From Flavobacteriales bacterium (lineage in GTDB: Bacteria > Bacteroidota > Bacteroidia > NS11-12g > UBA955), in NCBI GenBank assembly GCA_947457565.1, contig CANGWH010000002.1, positions 12,175-76,174 on the forward strand: a stretch of DNA of 64,000 nucleotides, read 5' to 3'. Positions 39,767 through 48,834 of this stretch are shown in pieces. The notes below the pieces were generated by a model. That model searched no databases. It was given only the letters and a program-made list of their open reading frames with translations, and was not told the origin of the DNA. The first letter of the stretch is position 1; every line of letters begins with the position of its first letter. The translations under genes and the position numbers were made by a program.

Positions 39767-41217
39767 GACTCAATCCAATTTTTTAATTCCAACGAAAAGT
39801 CCGAAGAGGATTCTGCGATTAAGTCAAAATCTTTACTTTTCAATTGTATTGCCGATTTTTCTTTACCTCGAACAATTAATTTGGGCATAGACTTATTAGC
39901 CCTCCCGTAAGAAGTTGCACGTAACAAGTCTCTAGATCTACTTTGTAACCAATTGGTTGATCCTGAAGCAAAGTACAATATCACAGCGTCACAGTTTTGA
40001 AGTGACCTAGAATGAGCTAGTCTTATTTCAGATTCATCTACGTTTGGATCAATCTGTAATACTTCACAACCTTCCAATTTGCAAATTGTATACACTTCCT
40101 GAATATTGGAAGAATCGGCAACATCCGCAATCAAATAGACCTTATTTGGCTTTGATTCACTGTCATTCATTTCTACTTTTTTTGAATTCAAGAGTTTTCT
40201 TGCTTCTTCAATTTTACTAGGCAATAAAGATTGTAATTCTGTAAGTTCCCCTTCTATTAGTGTAGTATTTTCCGATTTAATCGAACTTCGCAGATCCTCA
40301 ATCAGCAATTTCTGTCTTTCATCTGTTAACTTTACATTCTTAGGAATCCAAATAATCTTTGTTAAACTGTTATCAACAGAAAACTCTTCTGAAATATCAT
40401 TTTGGATTTCAGCCAATGATCGTGCTGTTCCTTCGGGTACCGTCCCATAAATTCCGCCTAGTAGATGAATGGCCAAATTACATTGCTGCATATTTCTACT
40501 GATTTCCATTTGACATGAAGGCATTCGCTGAACAATATTCGTTCTTGGAATAATCGTATAACCCTGTTTTAGCAAATCTCTTCTGATGGTTTCTCTCGCT
40601 ACTAGTTGATCTTCTGCCGCCTCTGCTAAATAAATTGTCAAATTTTTCTCATCGGGTTTATTCTCCATCCAACGATGATTGGTTTGAATTGAATCTTTAT
40701 TTAAAAACTTAGCAATATCTGATGCTAATATTTCCAATAACTCATCATATTCCCTACTCGTATTATTGTAGTTGCTTGGCGACATTTCTAAAACCGTATT
40801 GGATTCCTCATCCTTTTTAAAAAAGGGATATTGGATATCAGAACTCAATACTAAAGGGACCAATTCAACTGGAACAGGCTGTCTTAAAACCGGGAAAAAT
40901 TTCATATTGGAATCACCATTAAGTAATTCCTTCGAAATTTCCTCTAACTCCACAGTAAACTTATCGGATCGAACGGATTTGAACGATAATATCGAAATAA
41001 TGGCAGCAACTTTTTTTAATTCACTGCAATATTCAGGCTCAAATCTATCCAATGAATTTTTAGATTTAACCTCTAAAACCGTAATTTCTCTATCCAATAA
41101 AACTTCGATTTTAGGAATTAAATGTTCTTTTAATTCAAGTAGCCAACTCTTACTGGAAGTAGCGGTTCCGGCATCAAATACCGAAAAATTAAATCCAATA
41201 TCAAATTTGGCCAACAT
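39754..41217 (-). CDS. Multi-domain protein with repeated Rossmann-like, TIR- or DUF4062-like modules; partner of the STAND NTPase
   Basis: A 487-aa protein with segments such as NLTIYLAEAAEDQLVARETIRRDLLKQGYTII and KVYLIADVADSSNIQEVYTICKLEGCEV that resemble TIR-like or DUF4062 openings (beta-strand, acidic residue, helix). It overlaps the NTPase gene by 13 nt. The assignment is tentative. Confidence 0.35.
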   Translation of the reverse strand: MLAKFDIGFNFSVFDAGTATSSKSWLLELKEHLIPKIEVLLDREITVLEVKSKNSLDRFEPEYCSELKKVAAIISILSFKSVRSDKFTVELEEISKELLNGDSNMKFFPVLRQPVPVELVPLVLSSDIQYPFFKKDEESNTVLEMSPSNYNNTSREYDELLEILASDIAKFLNKDSIQTNHRWMENKPDEKNLTIYLAEAAEDQLVARETIRRDLLKQGYTIIPRTNIVQRMPSCQMEISRNMQQCNLAIHLLGGIYGTVPEGTARSLAEIQNDISEEFSVDNSLTKIIWIPKNVKLTDERQKLLIEDLRSSIKSENTTLIEGELTELQSLLPSKIEEARKLLNSKKVEMNDSESKPNKVYLIADVADSSNIQEVYTICKLEGCEVLQIDPNVDESEIRLAHSRSLQNCDAVILYFASGSTNWLQSRSRDLLRATSYGRANKSMPKLIVRGKEKSAIQLKSKDFDLIAESSSDFSLELKNWIESWKN

Positions 41218-41237
41218 GTTGCAATTGTGAAGAAGTT

Positions 41238-41267
41238 CAAATCTATTGATTTATCTAATATAATCAA
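41238..41267 (-). promoter_or_regulatory. Putative Bacteroidetes-type promoter of the 41217-31060 operon
   Basis: On the minus strand TTG lies 19 nt before TAGATTTG (TAnnTTTG). The motif ends 20 nt upstream of the ATG at 41217. Confidence 0.35.
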
Positions 41268-41282
41268 CACTTTGTGGAAATA

Positions 41283-41317
41283 AAAAAGCCCATAGAAATA
41301 GATTCTAAGGGCTTTTT
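41283..41317. terminator. Rho-independent terminator downstream of pckA (bidirectional geometry)
   Basis: AAAAAGCCC-(17 nt loop)-GGGCTTTTT is a 9-bp stem including the GC core, flanked by T-runs on both strands. It lies between the pckA stop and the downstream operon promoter. Confidence 0.6.
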
Positions 41318-41391
41318 TTATTAATTGTTAGTACAACTTTAACTAATTCAATAATTGTACCGGTTTAATAAGCTATTTTCGATCAAATCTA

Positions 41392-42990
41392 CTACTGCTC
41401 AGCAGCCAATTTCGGTGCAGCTTGGATGATTTCTTCGCTAGCTCCTTCTGCAAACTTCTTGAAGTTATCGTTGAATAAAACTGCAAGTTTATTACACTGA
41501 GCATCGTAAGCAGATTTATCATTCCAAGTATTTCTTGGGTGTAATAATTCTGCGGGAACATTGGGACAGCTATCGGGCATAAGAACACCGAATGTTGGAT
41601 GAGCGGTAAAGCTGCCATTTAAATTACCCTCTAAAGCAGCGGTAATCATAGCACGAGTATAGCTCAATTTCATTCTACTACCAACACCGTAAGGACCTCC
41701 AGTCCAACCAGTATTTATCAACCATACATTTACGTTTGGATTGGCTTCTAATTTCTCTCCTAACATTTTAGCGTACTTGGTAGGATGTAACGGTAAAAAT
41801 GCTTGACCGAAGCAAGCAGAGAATGTTGCTTGCGGTTCAGTTACTCCAGCTTCTGTTCCTGCAACTTTAGCGGTATAACCGCTAATAAAATGGTACATAG
41901 CTTGACCCGTGGTTAATTTTGAAATCGGAGGAAGTACACCGAAAGCATCGGCAGTTAAAAAGAAAATATTCTTTGGTGCATCGCCAACGGAGGGAACTGC
42001 AATATTATCAATATAATCGATTGGATACGCTGCCCTAGTGTTTTCAGTAACAGATATATTATCGTAATCAACTTCGTTACCACCGTCGCGGAATCGAACG
42101 TTTTCAACCAATGAACCTGATTGAATAGCATTCCAAATCTGAGGTTCCTTTTCTTCGGTTAGGTTAACACATTTCGCGTAACAACCGCCTTCAAAGTTAA
42201 ATACAGAATTAGCGCCCCATCCGTGCTCATCATCGCCAATTAACTTACGATTAGGATCGGCACTTAGCGTTGTTTTACCCGTTCCTGACAAACCGAAGAA
42301 AATCGCTGTATCGCCTTCTGCCCCTATATTCGCTGAGCAATGCATACTCAACACGCCCTTTTCCTGCGGAAGAATGTAATTTAAAACTCCGAAAATACCT
42401 TTTTTGATTTCACCGGTATAACCACTGCCTCCTATCAAAATGATTTTACGAGACATGTTTACGATGGTAAAATTGTGTTGACGTGTACCATCAACGGCCG
42501 GATCCGCCTTAAAACTAGGAGATGCAACAATTATCCATTCTGTTGGTGCCGTTGAAATTTCTTCTGCCGTTGGACGTAAGAATAAATGCTTAGCGAATAA
42601 ATTCTGGTAGGCTGATTCTGTAACCACCTGAATATTTAATCGATAAGTGGAATCCGCACAGGCGTAAGCGTTTCTAACAAACAACTCCTTGCCCCCCATG
42701 TGGTTTATAACTTTATTCAGTAAAGCATCAAATGCCGCGGACTCGAAAGGCTGATTTACGGTACCCCACCAAGCCGTTTCTGCGGTTAAATTGTCTTTAA
42801 CTAGAAATTTGTCTTTAGGACTTCTTCCTGTAAATTCACCAGTATCAGCCGCTAAAGCACCAGATGATGCAATAACACCCTCGTTTCTTTCCAAGGCTTT
42901 CGCCACTAATTCCTCTGTAGTGAGGTTTTCGTACACAGCAGCGGCGTTTTTCTTTAGCCCTGCAATAATTTCATTATTCTGCATTACCAA
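41392..42990 (-). CDS. pckA: Phosphoenolpyruvate carboxykinase (ATP)
   Basis: It has the kinase-1a motif FFGLSGTGKTTLS, is 532 aa long and shows PEPCK-ATP family motifs throughout. Confidence 0.9.
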   Translation of the reverse strand: MVMQNNEIIAGLKKNAAAVYENLTTEELVAKALERNEGVIASSGALAADTGEFTGRSPKDKFLVKDNLTAETAWWGTVNQPFESAAFDALLNKVINHMGGKELFVRNAYACADSTYRLNIQVVTESAYQNLFAKHLFLRPTAEEISTAPTEWIIVASPSFKADPAVDGTRQHNFTIVNMSRKIILIGGSGYTGEIKKGIFGVLNYILPQEKGVLSMHCSANIGAEGDTAIFFGLSGTGKTTLSADPNRKLIGDDEHGWGANSVFNFEGGCYAKCVNLTEEKEPQIWNAIQSGSLVENVRFRDGGNEVDYDNISVTENTRAAYPIDYIDNIAVPSVGDAPKNIFFLTADAFGVLPPISKLTTGQAMYHFISGYTAKVAGTEAGVTEPQATFSACFGQAFLPLHPTKYAKMLGEKLEANPNVNVWLINTGWTGGPYGVGSRMKLSYTRAMITAALEGNLNGSFTAHPTFGVLMPDSCPNVPAELLHPRNTWNDKSAYDAQCNKLAVLFNDNFKKFAEGASEEIIQAAPKLAAEQ

Positions 42991-43186
42991 AATTCAATAA
43001 CTTTGACCATACAAAGGTACTTTATCCAATTGGTAAGGTCACTGATTTTAATCATCCTTTACCAAGTTAAATTACCAACACACAAAAATAAAATTATTGG
43101 TTAGCTATAAAAATAACAATATATTGAAATACAACAATTTAAAGCATACCCATAAATTGAAAAGTGTAGTTTTGACACTTAAAAAA

Positions 43187-43876
43187 ATGTGCATTATTGT
43201 TTTGGCATCCAGTGCTTTAACAACAAATTTATTCGGTCAAAATCTTCAGTTATCTTCAAAAAGAGAAGTAACCCTCGGAAGTAGTATGATACTGCTTTCG
43301 GGAGCATCCTTTTATCTTAGCCAACACTATAACACGCCAAGTAACACCTGGCAGATAAAAGGTATTGACCAATGGAATCAACCTTATTTAAATAAACGCA
43401 ATGCTACTATTTCGGATATTACTTTCATAAGCACACTCGCTGCTTCAACTCTATCAGGACTTGCTCTGCCAAAACAACAACAACTAGCCTATGGTGTTGT
43501 TATGGCACAAAATGTATGGCTCACGGCCAACGTTGTACAAATAAGCAAAGTTCTTGTAGGTAGAAATAGACCCTACGTTAAGGGAACTGGATTAATTGAA
43601 GAAGAGCATTCGGATAATTATTATTCATTTTTTAGCGGACACTCTGCTCTTTGTGCTACGATGGCTACCACTGCACTGCTGGCAACCTACAAGAATTATA
43701 ATGGTTCCGCACTCAACTGGGGCAAAGCCACTGCATTGTCGGGTGTTGCATTAGCACTGAGCACGGGCATTTTGCGCATCACAGCGGGAAAGCACTACCC
43801 CTCCGATGTGCTTACGGGTTTAATTGTTGGCACCAGTATCGCTCTAATTAATACTATGTTGCATGAAACGAAATAG
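43187..43876 (+). CDS. PAP2-family phosphatase (secreted or membrane)
   Basis: It has PAP2 motifs (KxxxxxxRP: KVLVGRNRP; SGHS; SRITAGKHYPSDV). A signal peptide starts at the internal Met 43187. Confidence 0.7.
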   Translation: MCIIVLASSALTTNLFGQNLQLSSKREVTLGSSMILLSGASFYLSQHYNTPSNTWQIKGIDQWNQPYLNKRNATISDITFISTLAASTLSGLALPKQQQLAYGVVMAQNVWLTANVVQISKVLVGRNRPYVKGTGLIEEEHSDNYYSFFSGHSALCATMATTALLATYKNYNGSALNWGKATALSGVALALSTGILRITAGKHYPSDVLTGLIVGTSIALINTMLHETK

Positions 43877-44564
43877 ATTGGTACAATTCTTCTTTATTTT
43901 CTCGAGTCTTTTCGTCTCATTGTTCACCGCTTGCGGTGGTTTTTTATCAAAAAATTCAACCAATAATTACGAGACAACTTCCAATAAAAACAATGAAATT
44001 CGCAGTATGAAATCAAACGAATCAATACAAGGAACTGAAACTGCCGTGCTAGCCGGTGGTTGTTTTTGGTGTTTGGATGCGGTTTACCAAAAACTAGAGG
44101 GCGTAACAGCCATTGAATGTGGCTATAGCAACGGAACCAAAGAAAATCCCACCTATGAGGAAGTTTGTTCAGGGATAACAAAACATGCCGAAGTTATTAA
44201 AATCACCTACGATACTTCCAAAATCAGCTACCAAGAATTATTGGAAGTTTTTTGGAGAATTCACGATCCAACAACATTAAATCGGCAGGGGAACGACATA
44301 GGCACTCAATACAGGAGTGGGATATATTATCAAAATGAAGCTCAACGAATCATCGCGTTCGCAAGTAAAGAAGCCGTAAAATCATCCGGGTTGTGGGAAG
44401 GCACTATAGTAACTGAGATTATTCCTTTGAATAATTATTACACAGCAGAATCGTATCATCAAGATTATTTCACTAATAACCCAGAGAATCAATATTGTGT
44501 TTATGTAGTAGGGGCAAAAGTGGAGAAGTTCAAAAAAGAGTTTAAGGATAAGCTAAAGAAGTAA
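43863..44564 (+). CDS. msrA: Peptide-methionine (S)-S-oxide reductase, lipoprotein
   Basis: It has the GGCFWC active site, the MsrA fold motifs (GYSNG, HDPTT) and a lipobox (FTACGG). Confidence 0.85.
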   Translation: MKRNRLVQFFFIFSSLFVSLFTACGGFLSKNSTNNYETTSNKNNEIRSMKSNESIQGTETAVLAGGCFWCLDAVYQKLEGVTAIECGYSNGTKENPTYEEVCSGITKHAEVIKITYDTSKISYQELLEVFWRIHDPTTLNRQGNDIGTQYRSGIYYQNEAQRIIAFASKEAVKSSGLWEGTIVTEIIPLNNYYTAESYHQDYFTNNPENQYCVYVVGAKVEKFKKEFKDKLKK

Positions 44565-44583
44565 CCTCGGTATTTCCCAATCG

Positions 44584-44910
44584 TTACCCCTTGGTTTTAT
44601 AACCCTGAGCTTGCAAGAACAACTTAACCTTTGCGTGTAAGTCGCCTTGGATAATTATATCCCCTTCTTTAGCAGATCCACCTACACCACAATGATTTTT
44701 TATCTTGCGTTCCAATTCTTTAAGATCTTGTGAATTACCGATGAATTCTTTTATAACAACACAGGGTTTCCCATTTCTTACTTCGCGCCGAACATATAAT
44801 ATCTGTTGCGTTATAGGTAATGTTTCTTGCTCTTCGGATTCAGTCTCGTAAGTATAATTGGGATTGGTAGAGTAAACCACCCCGTTTTTATTTTTATTCT
44901 TATTACTCAT
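44584..44910 (-). CDS. SUI1/YciH-family translation initiation factor
   Basis: A 108-aa protein with the SUI1 domain pattern (KGKPVTVI.G...DLKELAKKLK..CGCGGSVKDG.IEIQGD...V...L...G). Confidence 0.8.
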   Translation of the reverse strand: MSNKNKNKNGVVYSTNPNYTYETESEEQETLPITQQILYVRREVRNGKPCVVIKEFIGNSQDLKELERKIKNHCGVGGSAKEGDIIIQGDLHAKVKLFLQAQGYKTKG

Positions 44911-44936
44911 GACAAGGCCAATATAAAGGGATATTT

Positions 44937-45698
44937 TTATTTACGCACAATTACACCCGCAACCGCCTGCGCTTGAGGCATAATCACTAAATCATTGATA
45001 TTAACATGGGGTTTTCTGCTCACTACCCATGAAATTGCATCGGCTATATCTTCTGCTACTAAATTCTCAAAGCCCTGATATACGGCTTTGGCTCTTTCTG
45101 AATCACCCTCAAAACGCACTATGGAGAATTCCGTTTCCGCAGCCCCAGGGTGTATTCCGGTTACTTTCACACCGTGTTCTGCAGTTTCTATCCGCATCGC
45201 TTTGGTTAAAGCATCAACGGCAAACTTAGTAGAGCAATAGACATTACCTTTATCGTAAACCTCTTTTCCTGCTATGGACCCAATATTTATAACATGGCCT
45301 GATTGCCTTTCTATCATGCCAGGAAGTACTTGTCGACTTACATATAACAAACCTTTCACATTGGTATCTATCATAGCATCCCAGTGCGATAGATTTCCAT
45401 CATATACCTTTGATAACCCCTGTGCTAAACCCGCATTATTAACCAATACATCGATACTTTTCCAATCATTTGGTAAATTCTGAAAGGTATTTTCTACGGC
45501 CTTTGAATCGCGCACATCCAATACAATGGATAAAACATCGGCTCCTTTGGTTTGTAGATCTGACGTTACTTTTTCCAATCGATCCGCTCTTCGAGCTATG
45601 ATTATCAAACGAAAACCAAGGCTAAATAATGCGTGAGCGGTTGCCTCTCCAATTCCACTGCTAGCTCCAGTAATACACGCTATCTTAGACTGATCCAT
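44937..45698 (-). CDS. Short-chain dehydrogenase/reductase (YdfG-like NADP-dependent)
   Basis: It has TGASSGIG, NNAG and YCSTK catalytic motifs. Confidence 0.8.
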   Translation of the reverse strand: MDQSKIACITGASSGIGEATAHALFSLGFRLIIIARRADRLEKVTSDLQTKGADVLSIVLDVRDSKAVENTFQNLPNDWKSIDVLVNNAGLAQGLSKVYDGNLSHWDAMIDTNVKGLLYVSRQVLPGMIERQSGHVINIGSIAGKEVYDKGNVYCSTKFAVDALTKAMRIETAEHGVKVTGIHPGAAETEFSIVRFEGDSERAKAVYQGFENLVAEDIADAISWVVSRKPHVNINDLVIMPQAQAVAGVIVRK

Positions 45699-45701
45699 AA
45701 C

Positions 45702-46436
45702 TTATTGGTTAGATGCAATTATTATCATATTGGGTGTAAACACAATATTCCGAGTACTTCTGGCCGTTGCAAACAATTGCAACTTTAATCTAATTAGCAT
45801 TACTTGATAAATGATTTTTCGTAACAGTTCTTTCCAAACAGATTTTACTTGCATAAAGCTCGATAGAATCTGAACATTATTGAACCCCGTAGCTAACAAA
45901 ACTTGTTGGGCCGATGAGGCATTTAGATAGTTTTCGTGGGTAAAATCTCCATTAGCAAAAACGGAGGCCATGGGGGAATCTAAGTTGGGAGTCCTGAAAA
46001 TCACAATCCCATTAGGGGTTAAAGCGCGCTTTATCGTTTGCAATAATTCAACCAACTCATCCTTGGTAAAATGTTCAATAATATCCATTCCAAGAATTAC
46101 ATCATAGGTATGAGTGCATGCTTCTAGAAACTCTAGACCATTGCCCATTTCAACACAATTTACGCCCAAAGAATGCGCAAGTTCTACTTGTTCTTTACTC
46201 AAATCCATACCCGAAATATTGTTGAATCCCACATTGGATAGCGCTTGCAATAAACTTCCACTTCCGCATCCTAAATCAAATACTTTGGCCGACTTAGCTA
46301 CTGTTGAAAGTAAAGGGATTATTTCCTTATCGAACTGATCAACTTCCCTTTCGAACAACTGTTTTGCATCGGTTAATGAAGCCCGGCCACTTTGGGTGGA
46401 ATGATAATTAGTATATAAGGTTTGCCGGTATTTCAT
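45702..46436 (-). CDS. Class I SAM-dependent methyltransferase
   Basis: It has motif I VFDLGCGSG and motif post-I (ISGMDLS). Confidence 0.7.
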   Translation of the reverse strand: MKYRQTLYTNYHSTQSGRASLTDAKQLFEREVDQFDKEIIPLLSTVAKSAKVFDLGCGSGSLLQALSNVGFNNISGMDLSKEQVELAHSLGVNCVEMGNGLEFLEACTHTYDVILGMDIIEHFTKDELVELLQTIKRALTPNGIVIFRTPNLDSPMASVFANGDFTHENYLNASSAQQVLLATGFNNVQILSSFMQVKSVWKELLRKIIYQVMLIRLKLQLFATARSTRNIVFTPNMIIIASNQ

Positions 46437-46459
46437 GGAGCAAAGTTAGCCGTTTCTTT

Positions 46460-46900
46460 TCACTTAGCAGATACCGTTGGAATGTCCACAGCCGCCATAA
46501 TTGAGACACAGGTTGCCACTAATTTTTCATCGCCATTCGCAAATACATCATAAACTTCCCCTTCACAGAATATCAAGGATTTACCACTTTTCTTCACTTT
46601 CCCAATGGCTTTAATTCTTGGGGCTGTTGAGGGATTAACATAACTTACCTTTAAATCCACGGTAACTACATTCAGCCCTTTGGGCGCTGTGGTGTAGGCC
46701 GATATTCCGGTAACTACGTCACAAATAGTAGCAGTAACCCCGCCGTGTGTAAATCCAGTATGTTGCATATGGTGATTTTCTATGTCGATATGCATCTCCG
46801 CAAATCCGGCTTCAATATCATCCAACGATAATCCAATAAATTGAATAAACTGATTTTCTTTTAATCTGGGTTGCATGTAATTGAACAAATCTTGATTCAT
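46460..46900 (-). CDS. PaaI/hotdog-fold thioesterase
   Basis: It has the HGG motif (HGGVTATICD) and is 146 aa long. Confidence 0.75.
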   Translation of the reverse strand: MNQDLFNYMQPRLKENQFIQFIGLSLDDIEAGFAEMHIDIENHHMQHTGFTHGGVTATICDVVTGISAYTTAPKGLNVVTVDLKVSYVNPSTAPRIKAIGKVKKSGKSLIFCEGEVYDVFANGDEKLVATCVSIMAAVDIPTVSAK

Positions 46901-46906
46901 AATGTA

Positions 46907-48031
46907 TTATTTGATAGGATTGTAAGTTGATTGTTGTAATAATGTATTGGCATCTTTTATTTTCCAAAGATTGTATAAATTATAATCGCCTTGTTCTTTA
47001 ACCCAAGCTTGAACTATACGCAGGCCTATATAATTACCTATCAATGGCGGACAATCTTCAGGGACACCACCACCGAAGGTTTTTAAACCATACGCGAAGT
47101 ATCGTTTATAGTCCTGAAATCGGGTAGTAAATAGCAGTTTATTGTCGATAAAATGCTTCCAAATTTGACCTTCTTGACTTTCTAACCACTGCCATTCTTT
47201 TTCGGTATACCCTATAATTTCCCATGGCTTTTTATTTGGAAAAGCTTCTAACGCAGAATGCCATATTTTGCCTTGGAAAACGGCCTCATCTAGCATAGAT
47301 TTCCTTACATAATCGGGCTCATAGCGCATTTTCAAATAACCCATAACTAATTGATATGCTATTTGATTAGTTGCGCAGTACTTAGTAAAAAACGATGGTA
47401 AATCCAGTTGCGAATACACTGGAAATGTATCATTTAGAAACATCTCTTTGCTGTATGCTAAGATGTATTTTTTTCGTTTTTTACCATTTTCCATCACCAT
47501 TTGCTCATCCGTAAATGTGCTGTAATTACTAAATTGGGATAAATAATCGTATACTTCGAAGGTTGCGGCCAGGGAATCGTTAAACGCGTTCAGCTCGCCG
47601 TGAAGTCTGGTTAACCCATTACTTAATAAATCTTTATATTCTGTTTCTCGTTGATAATGATTTTTAACCCATAGAAAAACCCTAGAATTTTGGTTCATCC
47701 AGAATTGAAATTGAGCTGTTTTTACTGAATCGGTTGCCATATTCAAAACCCCGAGTCCCATTACTTCGTACCACCATAAATCAAAGAATCTACCGTGTTT
47801 TTTCTTTAATGCTACAATATCTTCTGCGGTACATCCGTTAATCCGTAAACTATCCAATTCACCTACGAAGGATTTATATTCAATTTTCGGTTGTGTATTA
47901 AGGGAATCTCTCCTATTTTGTGTACAAGAAAACAGAATTACCGAAACAAGGGGATAAATCCATAGTCTAGGTGGTATAAATTTTACAGATTTTTGCATGA
48001 ATACGATTATGAAACTACAAAGAAACATCAC
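46907..48031 (-). CDS. Hypothetical lipoprotein
   Basis: A 374-aa protein with a signal and lipobox (VILFSCTQ). The start is ambiguous: 48031, or 47998 which is more likely. Confidence 0.5.
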   Translation of the reverse strand: MMFLCSFIIVFMQKSVKFIPPRLWIYPLVSVILFSCTQNRRDSLNTQPKIEYKSFVGELDSLRINGCTAEDIVALKKKHGRFFDLWWYEVMGLGVLNMATDSVKTAQFQFWMNQNSRVFLWVKNHYQRETEYKDLLSNGLTRLHGELNAFNDSLAATFEVYDYLSQFSNYSTFTDEQMVMENGKKRKKYILAYSKEMFLNDTFPVYSQLDLPSFFTKYCATNQIAYQLVMGYLKMRYEPDYVRKSMLDEAVFQGKIWHSALEAFPNKKPWEIIGYTEKEWQWLESQEGQIWKHFIDNKLLFTTRFQDYKRYFAYGLKTFGGGVPEDCPPLIGNYIGLRIVQAWVKEQGDYNLYNLWKIKDANTLLQQSTYNPIK

Positions 48032-48827
48032 TTTTGGCTTAACTGCGATGATTAGTAGCGCGCTTTTTAGTCAATCCACCTCCCAAGCATTGAAAACTAT
48101 GGAGTTGGGAATACGAATCAGTCCAAATATTGCATGGGCGAAAATACAAAGTGGATCAATGAAAGCAAACGGTGCCGGTGTAGGATTCACCTATGGTCTT
48201 ACCGGGGACTTTGCCTTAGGAAATAGTGGAAATTATTTCTTTTCAACGGAATTGAATGTTAGCACAATTCCAGTAAAAGTGGCTTCCACAACTACCATGA
48301 AAAATGTTACTCCAAAAATTGGTGGTGGATACGATACCACTAGTTTCCGCGGTGGTGAATTAGAGTTTAATTACGCTAACCAATATTTACAAATTCCCTT
48401 GGGAATTAAAATGAAAACCCAAGAAATTGGCAACATGAAGTATTATATTCAAGTGGGTATTGCACCGTCATTTATGATGAGAAGCAGGTTAACCACTACA
48501 ACTATAGGTACTCAACAGCGAGTTTATCCCGATAACAAAGGCATTTCGTTTCACGATCCTAATTTAGAGGCGGATGATGTGTATCAATTCTCAGGAACAA
48601 ACGTTGTAGGTTCTGCCGTTGGGGAAAAAGAATATGATTTCAAGGACGATGTAGCTCGAGTACGATTCCCTGCAATTATCGGCGTTGGCTTGGATTATAA
48701 ATTAACGGGCAATACACGGTTCACTGCAGGATTGCGTTTTGACAATGCGATCAATGATTTCTTTAAAGACAAACGTGTAAATGCGCGCAGCAACATGATT
48801 GCCATCAATATGGGTATCATTTTCTAA
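47997..48827 (+). CDS. Outer-membrane beta-barrel protein (porin/OmpA-barrel-like)
   Basis: It has a signal peptide, alternating amphipathic beta-strands and a terminal aromatic residue (GIIF). The start is 47997 or the internal ATG at 48009. Confidence 0.55.
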   Translation: MNTIMKLQRNITFGLTAMISSALFSQSTSQALKTMELGIRISPNIAWAKIQSGSMKANGAGVGFTYGLTGDFALGNSGNYFFSTELNVSTIPVKVASTTTMKNVTPKIGGGYDTTSFRGGELEFNYANQYLQIPLGIKMKTQEIGNMKYYIQVGIAPSFMMRSRLTTTTIGTQQRVYPDNKGISFHDPNLEADDVYQFSGTNVVGSAVGEKEYDFKDDVARVRFPAIIGVGLDYKLTGNTRFTAGLRFDNAINDFFKDKRVNARSNMIAINMGIIF

Positions 48828-48834
48828 TCAATAG

